From IMG/VR virus record IMGVR_UViG_3300050821_005171, positions 14,701-78,700 of that record: a stretch of 64,000 bases of DNA; one strand, given 5' to 3'. The notes under the pieces are model-generated. The model was not told the DNA's origin. It made no database searches and saw nothing but the letters and a program-made list of their open reading frames with translations. Origin of the DNA: a virus. This document shows, in pieces, positions 48,600 through 57,600 of this stretch. The first letter of the stretch is position 1. The number at the start of each line of letters is the position of its first letter. A program made the translations under genes and the position numbers.

Positions 48600-48981
48600 A
48601 GAATGCCCTGTGTTTCTTGGGCTTGGGCTTCTTGTCGGCCAGTTCTCTCGGCATGGACGACACGGTTGAGGCTGGCTTCCAATTCGATCCTGGGCTAGTG
48701 CGCTGCACGGTCAGGTAGACGCTAAGAAGATCGCCTGATCGAATCGACATTTCGACGTTCATTCGAGACAGCATGAAGTCGCCGACCTTGTCGCCTCCCT
48801 GCTGGATGCTAACCGTGCGTCCAAACGCAGAATTAAGTTCGTGGGCACCGGCGGCCGTGCATTTTCCTTCAAGATCAATGGTTTGATCTGGATTCGTCGC
48901 TCCGCCCCTAAAAGTGACGCTGTCAATCTCCACCCAGATGCCGTCGATCGTTATCAATTGGCTCGGATGCGGCTGGCTCAC
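48586..48981 (-). CDS. Hypothetical protein ending RAFFDEP
   Basis: Beta-rich domain plus shared C-terminal motif. Confidence 0.7.
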   Translation of the reverse strand: MSQPHPSQLITIDGIWVEIDSVTFRGGATNPDQTIDLEGKCTAAGAHELNSAFGRTVSIQQGGDKVGDFMLSRMNVEMSIRSGDLLSVYLTVQRTSPGSNWKPASTVSSMPRELADKKPKPKKHRAFFDEP

Positions 48982-49337
48982 GACTCAACTCTCAGCGTCA
49001 GGTCAGGGAAGCCCTGGATGCTCAGGGTGACCATGTCGGCGGTCACAGACACCTTCTCCACTTCGCGCGTGATTAAATGCAAGATCGTGAGCATGGGGCG
49101 GCTGCCGTTGAATGCCAGCACGATCTGATCTCCGTTCATCTGAACGCTCATATCGAGCTGGCCCTGGCACTGGAGCGAGGCATACTTCATGTCCACGCCA
49201 CCCGGACTGAACAGGGCCTCCAGGAACTTGGTGGCCTTCCGGATCGTGTCCTGTATCTGGCTAAGCGGCGGGAGCCCCGGCAGTTGCATATTTTGGCTTG
49301 CGAGGACTGACCTTAGTGCGTCGTTTTCGTCGGACAT
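48978..49337 (-). CDS. Hypothetical protein
   Basis: 119 aa; overlaps sigma factor 3' end. Confidence 0.6.
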   Translation of the reverse strand: MSDENDALRSVLASQNMQLPGLPPLSQIQDTIRKATKFLEALFSPGGVDMKYASLQCQGQLDMSVQMNGDQIVLAFNGSRPMLTILHLITREVEKVSVTADMVTLSIQGFPDLTLRVES

Positions 49338-50106
49338 TTTTGGGCTTCTTTCTGGGTGGCGGCTTGTGGGTCTGGAACGGCTTGCAATCGTATCTTTTGG
49401 GGAGCCCGGCCATCACCCGCAATTCGTTCAGGGCATTCCGCTCAAGCTGCCTGACGCGCTCTCGCGAGATTCTGTACTTGATGCCAATCTCTTTGAGTGT
49501 CTGCCCGCTGGCCCTGGCCGTCAGCACGGATCGGAGCCTCGCATTGAGCCGGTCCATCATGCCGTTCAATCGCTCGATCGCATCGTGCAAGTGGGCCGAT
49601 TTTTCGACTGAACTGCCATCGTGCAGGAAGTCCCCCAGCTCATCGAGATCGTGCTCGGAAATCGTTGGCAGTGGCTCGTCATCGATCCAGCCCTTGCGGA
49701 GCCTAGCGTCTGGGATATGGATCGTGGACTGAGTTTGATCGACCTCGCGCTGCACCGATTGTCTAATCCACCATGAGGCATATGTGCTGAGTCTAAGTCC
49801 TCGGTCCAACTCGAACTTTTCAATGGACCGCAGGAATCCCATGCAGCCGGCCTGATAAAGATCGTCATCTGCAACTCCGGGTCGGCCGTACTTGCGCACG
49901 TAGGACCAGATCAGCGCCTTCCACTGCTCAAGTAGCAATCCGAACGCGATACCCTGAACTCGTTTGGCCTGCTTTTTCTTATAATTGGCCCTAAGCCCAG
50001 CCTGGAATTTTCTGATCAGGAACCGCTCTAGCTCAACTATCGCACTCTTCGCTTTGGGCCTTGCGGTCCATCGCTTCTGCTTTTTGGGAGGCTTCTTATT
50101 GGGCAT
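49261..50106 (-). CDS. Sigma-70 family RNA polymerase sigma factor
   Basis: Region 2 DLYQAGCMGFLRSIEKFELDRGLRLSTYASWWIRQ; region 4 TLKEIG...SRERVRQLE..AL. Confidence 0.92.
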   Translation of the reverse strand: MPNKKPPKKQKRWTARPKAKSAIVELERFLIRKFQAGLRANYKKKQAKRVQGIAFGLLLEQWKALIWSYVRKYGRPGVADDDLYQAGCMGFLRSIEKFELDRGLRLSTYASWWIRQSVQREVDQTQSTIHIPDARLRKGWIDDEPLPTISEHDLDELGDFLHDGSSVEKSAHLHDAIERLNGMMDRLNARLRSVLTARASGQTLKEIGIKYRISRERVRQLERNALNELRVMAGLPKRYDCKPFQTHKPPPRKKPKNVRRKRRTKVSPRKPKYATAGAPAA

Positions 50107-50344
50107 TCGTCGATTGTACCGCTGGTGGGCATTTTGGGATTATCTCAAAGTCGACCTGATATCCCTCGTAGCCCCACTTTATAAGCTGCGTCAGTTTGCC
50201 GGTGGTCCTAGTGGTCACGAATAGCACGATTCGCTTGCCGTGACCATCTTCAATTGGATGGGCTGCCGTGAACCAATTGCACCGGCTCATATCGGCGGTC
50301 AGTGCGATCGTTGCCTCTTGGATTGTGAGGCCGCGACACTTCAT
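50096..50344 (-). CDS. Hypothetical protein
   Basis: 82 aa, coupled. Confidence 0.55.
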   Translation of the reverse strand: MKCRGLTIQEATIALTADMSRCNWFTAAHPIEDGHGKRIVLFVTTRTTGKLTQLIKWGYEGYQVDFEIIPKCPPAVQSTNAQ

Positions 50345-50712
50345 GGCGTCTCAAAGAACGCCCGCTTGGCCGGGGCCTCTGGGTTGTGTGTGACACGCTC
50401 TCGCGGCACCGGATCAGGCAGGCTCTCGTTGAGGTTCCGGCCGGATAACTCTTGGATCATCTCAGTGCTCACGTAGAACACAAACTTGACGACCCACTCG
50501 TGGCCGCTCAGGGGCCAATACTCTGCCGTTTTCACGGTAAGACGCAGGTGCTTATGGCCTGGATTCGGGATTGTGAGGACCGACACTTTCCCCTGGCGGA
50601 ACAAAACCTCTTCGGTCCAGAGATCGTGCGTGCGGCCAACCACGACAAAGCTGTGCCCTACTACGTCGCAGGCTGTGACATCGAACTCCATTCGGCCGAT
50701 CTTGGCTTTCAT
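50341..50712 (-). CDS. Hypothetical protein ending RAFFETP
   Basis: Beta-rich domain plus shared C-terminal motif. Confidence 0.7.
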   Translation of the reverse strand: MKAKIGRMEFDVTACDVVGHSFVVVGRTHDLWTEEVLFRQGKVSVLTIPNPGHKHLRLTVKTAEYWPLSGHEWVVKFVFYVSTEMIQELSGRNLNESLPDPVPRERVTHNPEAPAKRAFFETP

Positions 50713-51353
50713 GGCTCGTCGAAAAACGCGCGTCGCGCGGGCTTGGGAACCGTCTTGGTTGGCTTCGGTATCTGCACGGCTTTTGGCTTACTCTTTTCCG
50801 GCCTGCTGAACATGCTGGCAAACTCGGCAGGCAGCGGGTAGCCGCCATAGTTAGTCGTGGGAGGTGGCGGCTGTGCCGGGGCCTCAGCCGGAACCAGCAA
50901 TCCTGAATCAATGCAGGCGTCGATGTGTTCGTTGCTGTCGAGCCTCACTGATTCTTTGTCGTATCCGTCGTAGAGCCTGTAGTGCTTGGTGCCGAGCGTG
51001 CTCACGACGCGAACCGTATCGTTCTTGCGGAGCAACAGCGGATAGCCGGATATATCTTTTGGCGGCCTGGGACTGGCCATGCTAGGCGGAAATCCGAAGT
51101 TGTAAAGCGATTTCGATTCAGCGGTCGCCATATCCAATCCCATGAATACATCGCTCGGAACACTTAACGATCTGAGAATCTGCTCCCGCGTCACTTTAGC
51201 AAACTCGCCAAACGCAGCTTCGGCCGAAGAGATGCCGCGCATTATTTGGTCGTAGTCTTTGTCCAATTCAACCTCAAAAGAAACAGAACCGGCCCCACGG
51301 TCCGGCAGCTTAGTCCGGTTGTTCGGCTGCTCGGAATCGCGGGATTGGGTCAT
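50709..51353 (-). CDS. Hypothetical protein ending RAFFDEP
   Basis: Pro/Lys-rich linker plus shared C-terminal motif. Confidence 0.7.
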   Translation of the reverse strand: MTQSRDSEQPNNRTKLPDRGAGSVSFEVELDKDYDQIMRGISSAEAAFGEFAKVTREQILRSLSVPSDVFMGLDMATAESKSLYNFGFPPSMASPRPPKDISGYPLLLRKNDTVRVVSTLGTKHYRLYDGYDKESVRLDSNEHIDACIDSGLLVPAEAPAQPPPPTTNYGGYPLPAEFASMFSRPEKSKPKAVQIPKPTKTVPKPARRAFFDEP

Positions 51354-51463
51354 GAAGCCTGTTCCGACTTACCGGCCTCGGCGCTCAGGCGTAGGGCATT
51401 TACTGGGGCGTCCCCAGAAACAAACATCGGCACAGCATCGCCTTGTTGTTTACGCATAGAAAA

Positions 51464-51558
51464 TGGCTCCGGCAGGACTCGAACCTGCACCCTTCCAACG
51501 AAGGGCCTCATCGCCATCAGGTGGCGTCCAGTATGTTTGCCTCTTTCACCACGGAGCC
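51464..51558 (-). tRNA. tRNA-Leu-like element with aberrant anticodon arm
   Basis: GGCTCCG/CGGAGCC-A acceptor, Leu-type D arm TGGTGAAAGAGGCAAACAT, long variable arm CCCTT/AAGGG, T arm GCAGG-TTCGAGT-CCTGC. Anticodon arm is non-canonical. Confidence 0.65.
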
Positions 51559-51630
51559 TCCATGACCGCCACGCCCGGAGATGGGACTCACTCTTCACCC
51601 GGTTAGGCGGTCGTGCATTCATTTAACAAA

Positions 51631-51745
51631 AGCCGCATACCGGAATTGAACCGGCATTGCCGAGACCATACAGGTATCCCGGTCGGACGTCCCATAAAAG
51701 TGGAACGTGCGGGAGTCGAACCCGCCTCGCGAACCTGCTGCGGCC
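51631..51745 (-). ncRNA. Double-T-arm tRNA-like structured element
   Basis: Outer GGCCGCA/TGCGGCT helix enclosing GCGGG-TTCGACT-CCCGC, ACGTTCCA/TGGGACGT hairpin, a further hairpin and GCCGG-TTCAATT-CCGGT. Confidence 0.5.
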
Positions 51746-51841
51746 AAAAGCACGCAGTCCATACTCCGATCACTCAGCCGAGGCTAGATGGATCGTGAAC
51801 CGCTATGCGTCTGCGATTGTATTCACAACGCCAGCACAAGA

Positions 51842-52735
51842 TCAAGCCGGTTTTTGGTTCCTGACGAACTCGTCGAGATATTTTGTACCGTAGTGCTCAA
51901 TCTCGAAGAAATTCGCACATTCAGGTGACGGTTTGTAGATGCGGAAGGTTCGCATCACTCCAAGCGTGGCCCCGCTTTCCAGTGGTCCGATGAACGAGCA
52001 ATCTGGCCTCTCGCCTCGCTTCAGGGCCTGCATGTCGGCCTTGAAGTAGTCCGTGTCGGCCCAGGTTTGCATTTGCTCCCGAGTGAGGAAGAAACAGCCG
52101 GCGTGAGGGTTCAGACATCGCTCGAACGTGGCCGGAGGGAATCCGTCCCATCCAACCATCTTCGGAGAATGCGAGACATCCTGAAATGCCCGCGTCTGCT
52201 CAAACGAGAGGGCACCATCTATGTAGAGCTTTCCTACCGATCCGTGGCCCGACTCATATCGCCTCGGCTGCAAGATCGCTCCCGGAACATCAGACTCGCC
52301 GTCGAACCATCGGAGCTTCTCAAAGAACCAGGGGTCCCTGATAATCAGGTCGTCTTCCATCATGCAGTAGTAGTCGTAGTTGCCAAGTCGCGACAGCAAT
52401 TCTCGCTGACACACGAACCCCAGGCACATCGGATCGAGCTTTCCGCCGACCATGCAATGTTCGTGCGGAAACTCAAGCACGCTGCCTCTCAAATGATTCG
52501 CTCCGTGCGTGCATATCACCACATCGATCTCATGGACGTGCGGAGCGTTCGCCTGCTCTCCAATACCAGCGTTACCGCACAGGTACTGCTGTGGGCCGAA
52601 GTTCTGCCGCAGTGCGTTCAGGCACGCCGCGAGGGCCTTTACGCGAGGCTCTGGATCGGGTCCGGTTGAGCCGCTGCCGGCACCTTCAACGGCGCTTGGT
52701 TTCCAAAAGTGCGGGATGGCGATCAGGATTTTCAT
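51842..52735 (-). CDS. GT-A-fold glycosyltransferase-like protein
   Basis: MKILIAIPHF, YDYYCMMEDDL, NPHAGCFFLT..Q, FEIEHYG. Confidence 0.55.
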   Translation of the reverse strand: MKILIAIPHFWKPSAVEGAGSGSTGPDPEPRVKALAACLNALRQNFGPQQYLCGNAGIGEQANAPHVHEIDVVICTHGANHLRGSVLEFPHEHCMVGGKLDPMCLGFVCQRELLSRLGNYDYYCMMEDDLIIRDPWFFEKLRWFDGESDVPGAILQPRRYESGHGSVGKLYIDGALSFEQTRAFQDVSHSPKMVGWDGFPPATFERCLNPHAGCFFLTREQMQTWADTDYFKADMQALKRGERPDCSFIGPLESGATLGVMRTFRIYKPSPECANFFEIEHYGTKYLDEFVRNQKPA

Positions 52736-52803
52736 CACGGCTCCCTCAAAAATTCCGGGCACGCCCGATCCTTCGAGCGTATCCGGTCGAGATGGCTTTT
52801 GTT

Positions 52804-52989
52804 TTATCGGACTCGTGTGCGGTCACGCTTGTACGCCGCCTCGCTCGGCAACTTGCGTTCGGCCGCGTCAATGAATTGCTCCAGAAATCTGAGCGTCTCG
52901 GCCTGGGTGTCGCTACATGGCACGAAATGCCCAGCGATGACTTTGAGCTGCTGCTTGGCCTGCTTGGCTGTCTCTTTGCTTGCTCTCAT
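52804..52989 (-). CDS. Small hypothetical protein
   Basis: SD AAAGGGA; promoter TTGACA-17-GATATT upstream with the 13-bp motif at 53034-53046. Confidence 0.55.
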   Translation of the reverse strand: MRASKETAKQAKQQLKVIAGHFVPCSDTQAETLRFLEQFIDAAERKLPSEAAYKRDRTRVR

Positions 52990-53086
52990 TGCCGTTCCCT
53001 TTCGGTTCGGAGTGGGTAAAAGAAAATCCTCGTGTGCTGACAACGTAAATATCGCACACGAGGACCAAGCTGTCAAGCGAACAAAA

Positions 53087-54640
53087 TCAGTTGGAGAAAA
53101 TCGTCTTTGTGCCGAACGGAAGCGGGTTTCCGCTCGCATCGACCGGGTTGTAAACTTTTGGATCGGTGTATGGTCCAGTGACTTGGAGCGTCTGCTTTCC
53201 GGTCGTCGGGTCCTTGAACATCGTCCCGTAAATTCCGTATGACGAGTGCAGCACTGTCGCCGAGCTGGACCGGAGTGCCGGATTGCAAAACACGTCCGCA
53301 CAACCTCGCATCGACTGGATGTACTGAGGCATGTTGCGACAGTCGTATGGCCCACTCTGCGACGAAAGTCCGCCGGCCCAGATCGCGTGCGTGGCCCACG
53401 AATACAGAAAGCACACCTCAATGTCGGCATTGACCATCGTCCAGGTCGCCGACATCAACTCTGTCGTCAACTCATTGAACGGGTCGAGTGCGTTTGGCCT
53501 GAATTGCGCCTGACAGCCATACTCGGTGATTAGTGCTGGAATTTCTGTCCCATCCGGTCGCTGCCATTTGATGCCAGCACAAAACGCCGCGAACCTGCTC
53601 CGCGCGTCGGGCGACGCTTGGCCATCACGACCGTTTAAAAACCCATTAGAGCCCGTGGTATACCTGCTATAAAAATGCCCGCTAATCGCACCACCCATCG
53701 CGATCGACGATTGAAGCGTGTTAAACGCCCCATCGCCAAACACCGTGTTTGGAATGATGATCGCGTTCGGACACGTCAACCGTAGGTTAGCAGCCCGAGC
53801 GTTCGCATAATCCGTCTCGATTTGAGCCCAGCACATACCGTGCTCGACCGATCCAAAACTGGCGATGCCATGCGCCTGACACCACGCCGTCGAGTAGGCC
53901 GTGAATGCGGCAGTGAATGCCGGCATTGCCGGTCCCGGCCAGGGCGAAATCTTGACCAGCGGATTCTCGTTCTCCAACTCGAAGCCGATGCACATCGGAT
54001 CGTTTCCGACAAGCTGCGCGATCGCTGTGTCGAACGCCATCTGTTTTGGCCAGAGCGTCTGCTTGTCGAGATAGTCCCAGGGTGAAGTCCGCCCGATTGG
54101 GTTTCCCATCCAGCTCAGCGTCACCGATTCTTGCGCGAGAGGACTTGGGTTGGGTCCCAGATCGGCGAGTGCGTTGACGGTCGTATAATGGAGCGGAATC
54201 AACACCCGGATTCCCTGGGCCTTTAGGGCACCGAAAAACCATTTAGCTGCGGCGACCTTCGCTGGATCAAAGCTGACTGTCGTCCCGTTGGCGTAAATCG
54301 GCCCGATGTTCGATGCGTCAAATCCAAGTGGCCGCACACACCGAACTCCGGCCGCGTACATCCTCGCGATCTCTGCGGTGTAGACTTGCTGCTGTGCAGG
54401 ATCGAGCTGCATCACTCCATTCTTGGGGTTCAGTAGCCCCCAAATGCACGAGGCGTCGAAGTTGACGCCCCACAGCAGCGCCCGCTGTCCGTTGGCAGAG
54501 AAGTGTCCATTTGAGAGCACAAGCGGAGTTGTGATCGGTGGCACATCCACTGGGGGGAATGGAGCCGGCGGCGGCACCGCAAACACATTGGACGCGAGGC
54601 CGATCAGCAGAGAGAGCGTGAGCGCAATGCGAACCTTCAT
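53087..54640 (-). CDS. Secreted clan GH-A (GH5-like) glycoside hydrolase
   Basis: Signal peptide, LWGVNF, GVRCVR, FELENE (acid/base), GHFY, LITEY (nucleophile). Confidence 0.75.
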   Translation of the reverse strand: MKVRIALTLSLLIGLASNVFAVPPPAPFPPVDVPPITTPLVLSNGHFSANGQRALLWGVNFDASCIWGLLNPKNGVMQLDPAQQQVYTAEIARMYAAGVRCVRPLGFDASNIGPIYANGTTVSFDPAKVAAAKWFFGALKAQGIRVLIPLHYTTVNALADLGPNPSPLAQESVTLSWMGNPIGRTSPWDYLDKQTLWPKQMAFDTAIAQLVGNDPMCIGFELENENPLVKISPWPGPAMPAFTAAFTAYSTAWCQAHGIASFGSVEHGMCWAQIETDYANARAANLRLTCPNAIIIPNTVFGDGAFNTLQSSIAMGGAISGHFYSRYTTGSNGFLNGRDGQASPDARSRFAAFCAGIKWQRPDGTEIPALITEYGCQAQFRPNALDPFNELTTELMSATWTMVNADIEVCFLYSWATHAIWAGGLSSQSGPYDCRNMPQYIQSMRGCADVFCNPALRSSSATVLHSSYGIYGTMFKDPTTGKQTLQVTGPYTDPKVYNPVDASGNPLPFGTKTIFSN

Positions 54641-54679
54641 GGAAATCCTTTCAAGAGGCCCGGGAGGTTGCGGGACATT

Positions 54680-57600
54680 TTAACGTATCGGCGTGCCACG
54701 CGGCAGTGGAGTGGAGCGGGTGAGTGGGGAGCGTTTCATGGGGAGTGCGTCCCGGTTCGAGAAAATGCGCGGCACCAAGAGGCGGGAAAGGAGACGCCGA
54801 TCGAGAACTCCCAAATGGATATATGCCAAAATGTCTTCCAATCGCTTGGGGACGTGTAGCAGCGCAGCCTGATTAGCCCGAGCCAATGCCAACCCCATAC
54901 GTCACCCTCGTAGTTCATCATTTCAATTCACGCATTTTTCCGGGAACATCTCGCGCAGGGCTCCGATAGAGACCTGCGGCGTGTTCCAAATCTTGATCGC
55001 GGAGAGCGATAGGATTGGACCAGGGCAATCGGGGCAGAGTGCCCCGGCACGCCCGAGCATTAGTTCGGCCTCGCACCTCTGGCATCGGGGCCACGGATCG
55101 GAGAGCATTGCACGCATACAGTCGGTGAATTCTCCGTAAGGACCTTCGCTCATCGCTTCCCCTTCCCCGCAGACGGAACAAGCTGGTCGGTCACAGGTTC
55201 TTTTCCAGGGCTTCCATCCTGCGCTGCACTTGATCGGACGGAGAATCGAATGTGCCGCAGACGATTCCCTGGCCCGGCTTGCGACCGTCAATCCGGTCGA
55301 GTGCGTTGCACACCGCGTAGACGATGTCCTGGTAGTAAATGCGGCGCGACTTCTCTTCGTCGAGCACGCCCCGCAGTCGCTCGGATTCAGACTGGAACTG
55401 CTCCTGTTTCGCGAGAATCGGATTGCAGTACGGGCACAACGCTGCGTTATGGTGGTTGTCGCCTAGCGGGCGAAACGCCTGCTGTTTCCAATGCGCGAGT
55501 TCTTCCCTAAGGCGATCGGACACACGGTCGGCCTCGGCAAGCAGTAAGACCATTTCGTCGACAGTGGTTTCCGGTCGCTCGGATTCAGCTTGCTCGACAT
55601 TGACGCTGGCTCGCAAAGTTCGCAGAACGTCACCGGAAACCAATTCGGGAGCCTCTAGTTTGCGAGCGGGCTCCTCAGTCGGCTGCTCGGCTGCGTCGGA
55701 CAGAAACTTGTTGATGTCGTAGACGACGGCAGTGAGCCCGCAGAATTGCTTGGCACGCACGATGAGCTTCACCGCCTCGCTCAGCTTGGCGTCCTTCGCG
55801 GCGACTTCCGCAATTCGTGCTGTTAGTAATCGCCGCAGGCTTTCCACGTCGCTGTCGAGCGTTGCCATTCTTTCCGCCCTTGCGGCGACTTCCGCTCTTG
55901 CCAAATCTCGTTCGTTTTCAACGATGCGAATCGCAGAAATGGCATTCGCGTAATCGTCATCGAGCTTGCCCCACTTTTGTTTCCACACGGCGACTTCCGC
56001 TTGCAGGTGCTCGACCTCTGCGATGAGCTTTCGTCCGTAATATGGCCCCAGAATCCACAGTTGCTTAATTTCCGCCAGTTCGTCTTGGGTCAGTCGCTCG
56101 CTCATGGGGATTGCTCCAAACTGTTCAATCGAGCCCTGTTTCCGATGGTGCTTCCCTGACCAGCTTGGCCATCTCTTCGAATGTCCTGGCGAGGCTTTCG
56201 CGTCGCCCCTTGGACTTAGGAAGCCAAAACGTAACCGCGCTTCGGTCGTCGTCTTCTGGGGGATGGTGCAGCATGGGAGAGCTGCACAGAATCATGCGCA
56301 CGGCCGAATAAACCGCTCCGGTGTTGCTCTGCTTGTTTTCGAGCTGCACTTCATCCGTCAGTTCCTGGCTGTAGACGTTGATTCTCATGTCGATTGCTCC
56401 GTTGTGGACGTGGCGAGAGCCGACTCTATCCGCCCCTTGAAGAACTCGTTCCAGTAGGCCGCGCGACCAATGCCGTCTGTGCGTATCTCGTCGAGCAGCG
56501 CCTTCAGCCGTTCTATCTCGTGCGACTGTTTCTGCTGCAATTGCATGAGCAGTCGCCAACGCGTTTCGTTTTGGTTGTTGACCCCGAGCGGCGTGTTGCA
56601 GGGGCACCCGTCCGTCACCCAGGCGTTTTCAATTCGCAACGGTTGTCCGCAGCCTGCGCAATTCGGGCTGACCTGCGGAAAGCCGCCAATAACGTCTGCT
56701 TGCAAACTCATCTTCAGTCTCCCGTAGTGTGGATTTGCGTGCCGTATCCGGCTCGCTCGCTCGCTTCGATGTAAATCCGCGCCGGCACGAAGGCGGCTAT
56801 TTTCCGCAGCCGTTCAATCTCCAGGTCCTGCGCGGCGATGCGGTCGAGTGCGAATGGCCAGTGCGTGCGTGCTGCGACGATCAGTGCGACGTTTGCCTCT
56901 TGCAGGTCGCCTTTAAGGTGCGTGGCGTCAGACCAGTGCCCCAGCTTGACAACGCAGCGATGCTTCGCGTCGCGAACGGCCGTCACGCGATTCATAGGGA
57001 GCACGTACCACGGTCCAGGCGTTGCCTTCTCGATAATCTCCCGGTCTCTGTCGAACTCGCTCATGGAAGGACCTTGTTTCGCGCGTACAATTTGAGGCAC
57101 GTTTGCAGCGCCCGCTTGAGGTAGTCGAGACGTTGGCCCGGTTCCCTCTCCAGGTCGCGCAACTTGGATTCACATTCTTCGCGTGTCAGGACGTTCGGCT
57201 CTGGCGAGGGATCGGGCGGGTCTTGGGGAGCCTTGAAGATTGGCCCATACCACTCCCGCTCTTTGATGCACAAATCGTCGTCGCAATCCAAACGTGCCCA
57301 GAGTTTCTGTGTGCCTCCATCGGTGACAATGGCTGCGACCGTCACGGCGCGCCATTTCGCGCCGCTGTTGATCGGCCTTGTCTGCCATACAAACCCTGCT
57401 TCGGGGATGTCGCACCGCCGTGGCTCGCAGGGCTGGGCAAAGTGTTCGTCGATAGCAAGGCAGATTCGCTCAGGCGTCAGCTTACGGCTCGGGGCCTGAT
57501 GCTTTGGCTCGGTGATGCACAGCAGCCCGGCATGAGAGTCAACCGAAAATCGCCACTCGCCGATCCGAAGCTCAGCGGGCTCGCCGCATGACTCACACGC

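Noticed and set aside
49261-49290. SsrA-like degron at sigma factor C-terminus (YATAGAPAA)
   Set aside because: The tail lies in a 77-bp overlap with the next gene, so the sequence may be imposed by the other frame.
51464-51745. Canonical functional tRNA or tmRNA genes
   Set aside because: No canonical 7-nt anticodon loop, and no tag reading frame or tmRNA-length body identified. Reported only as tRNA-like elements.
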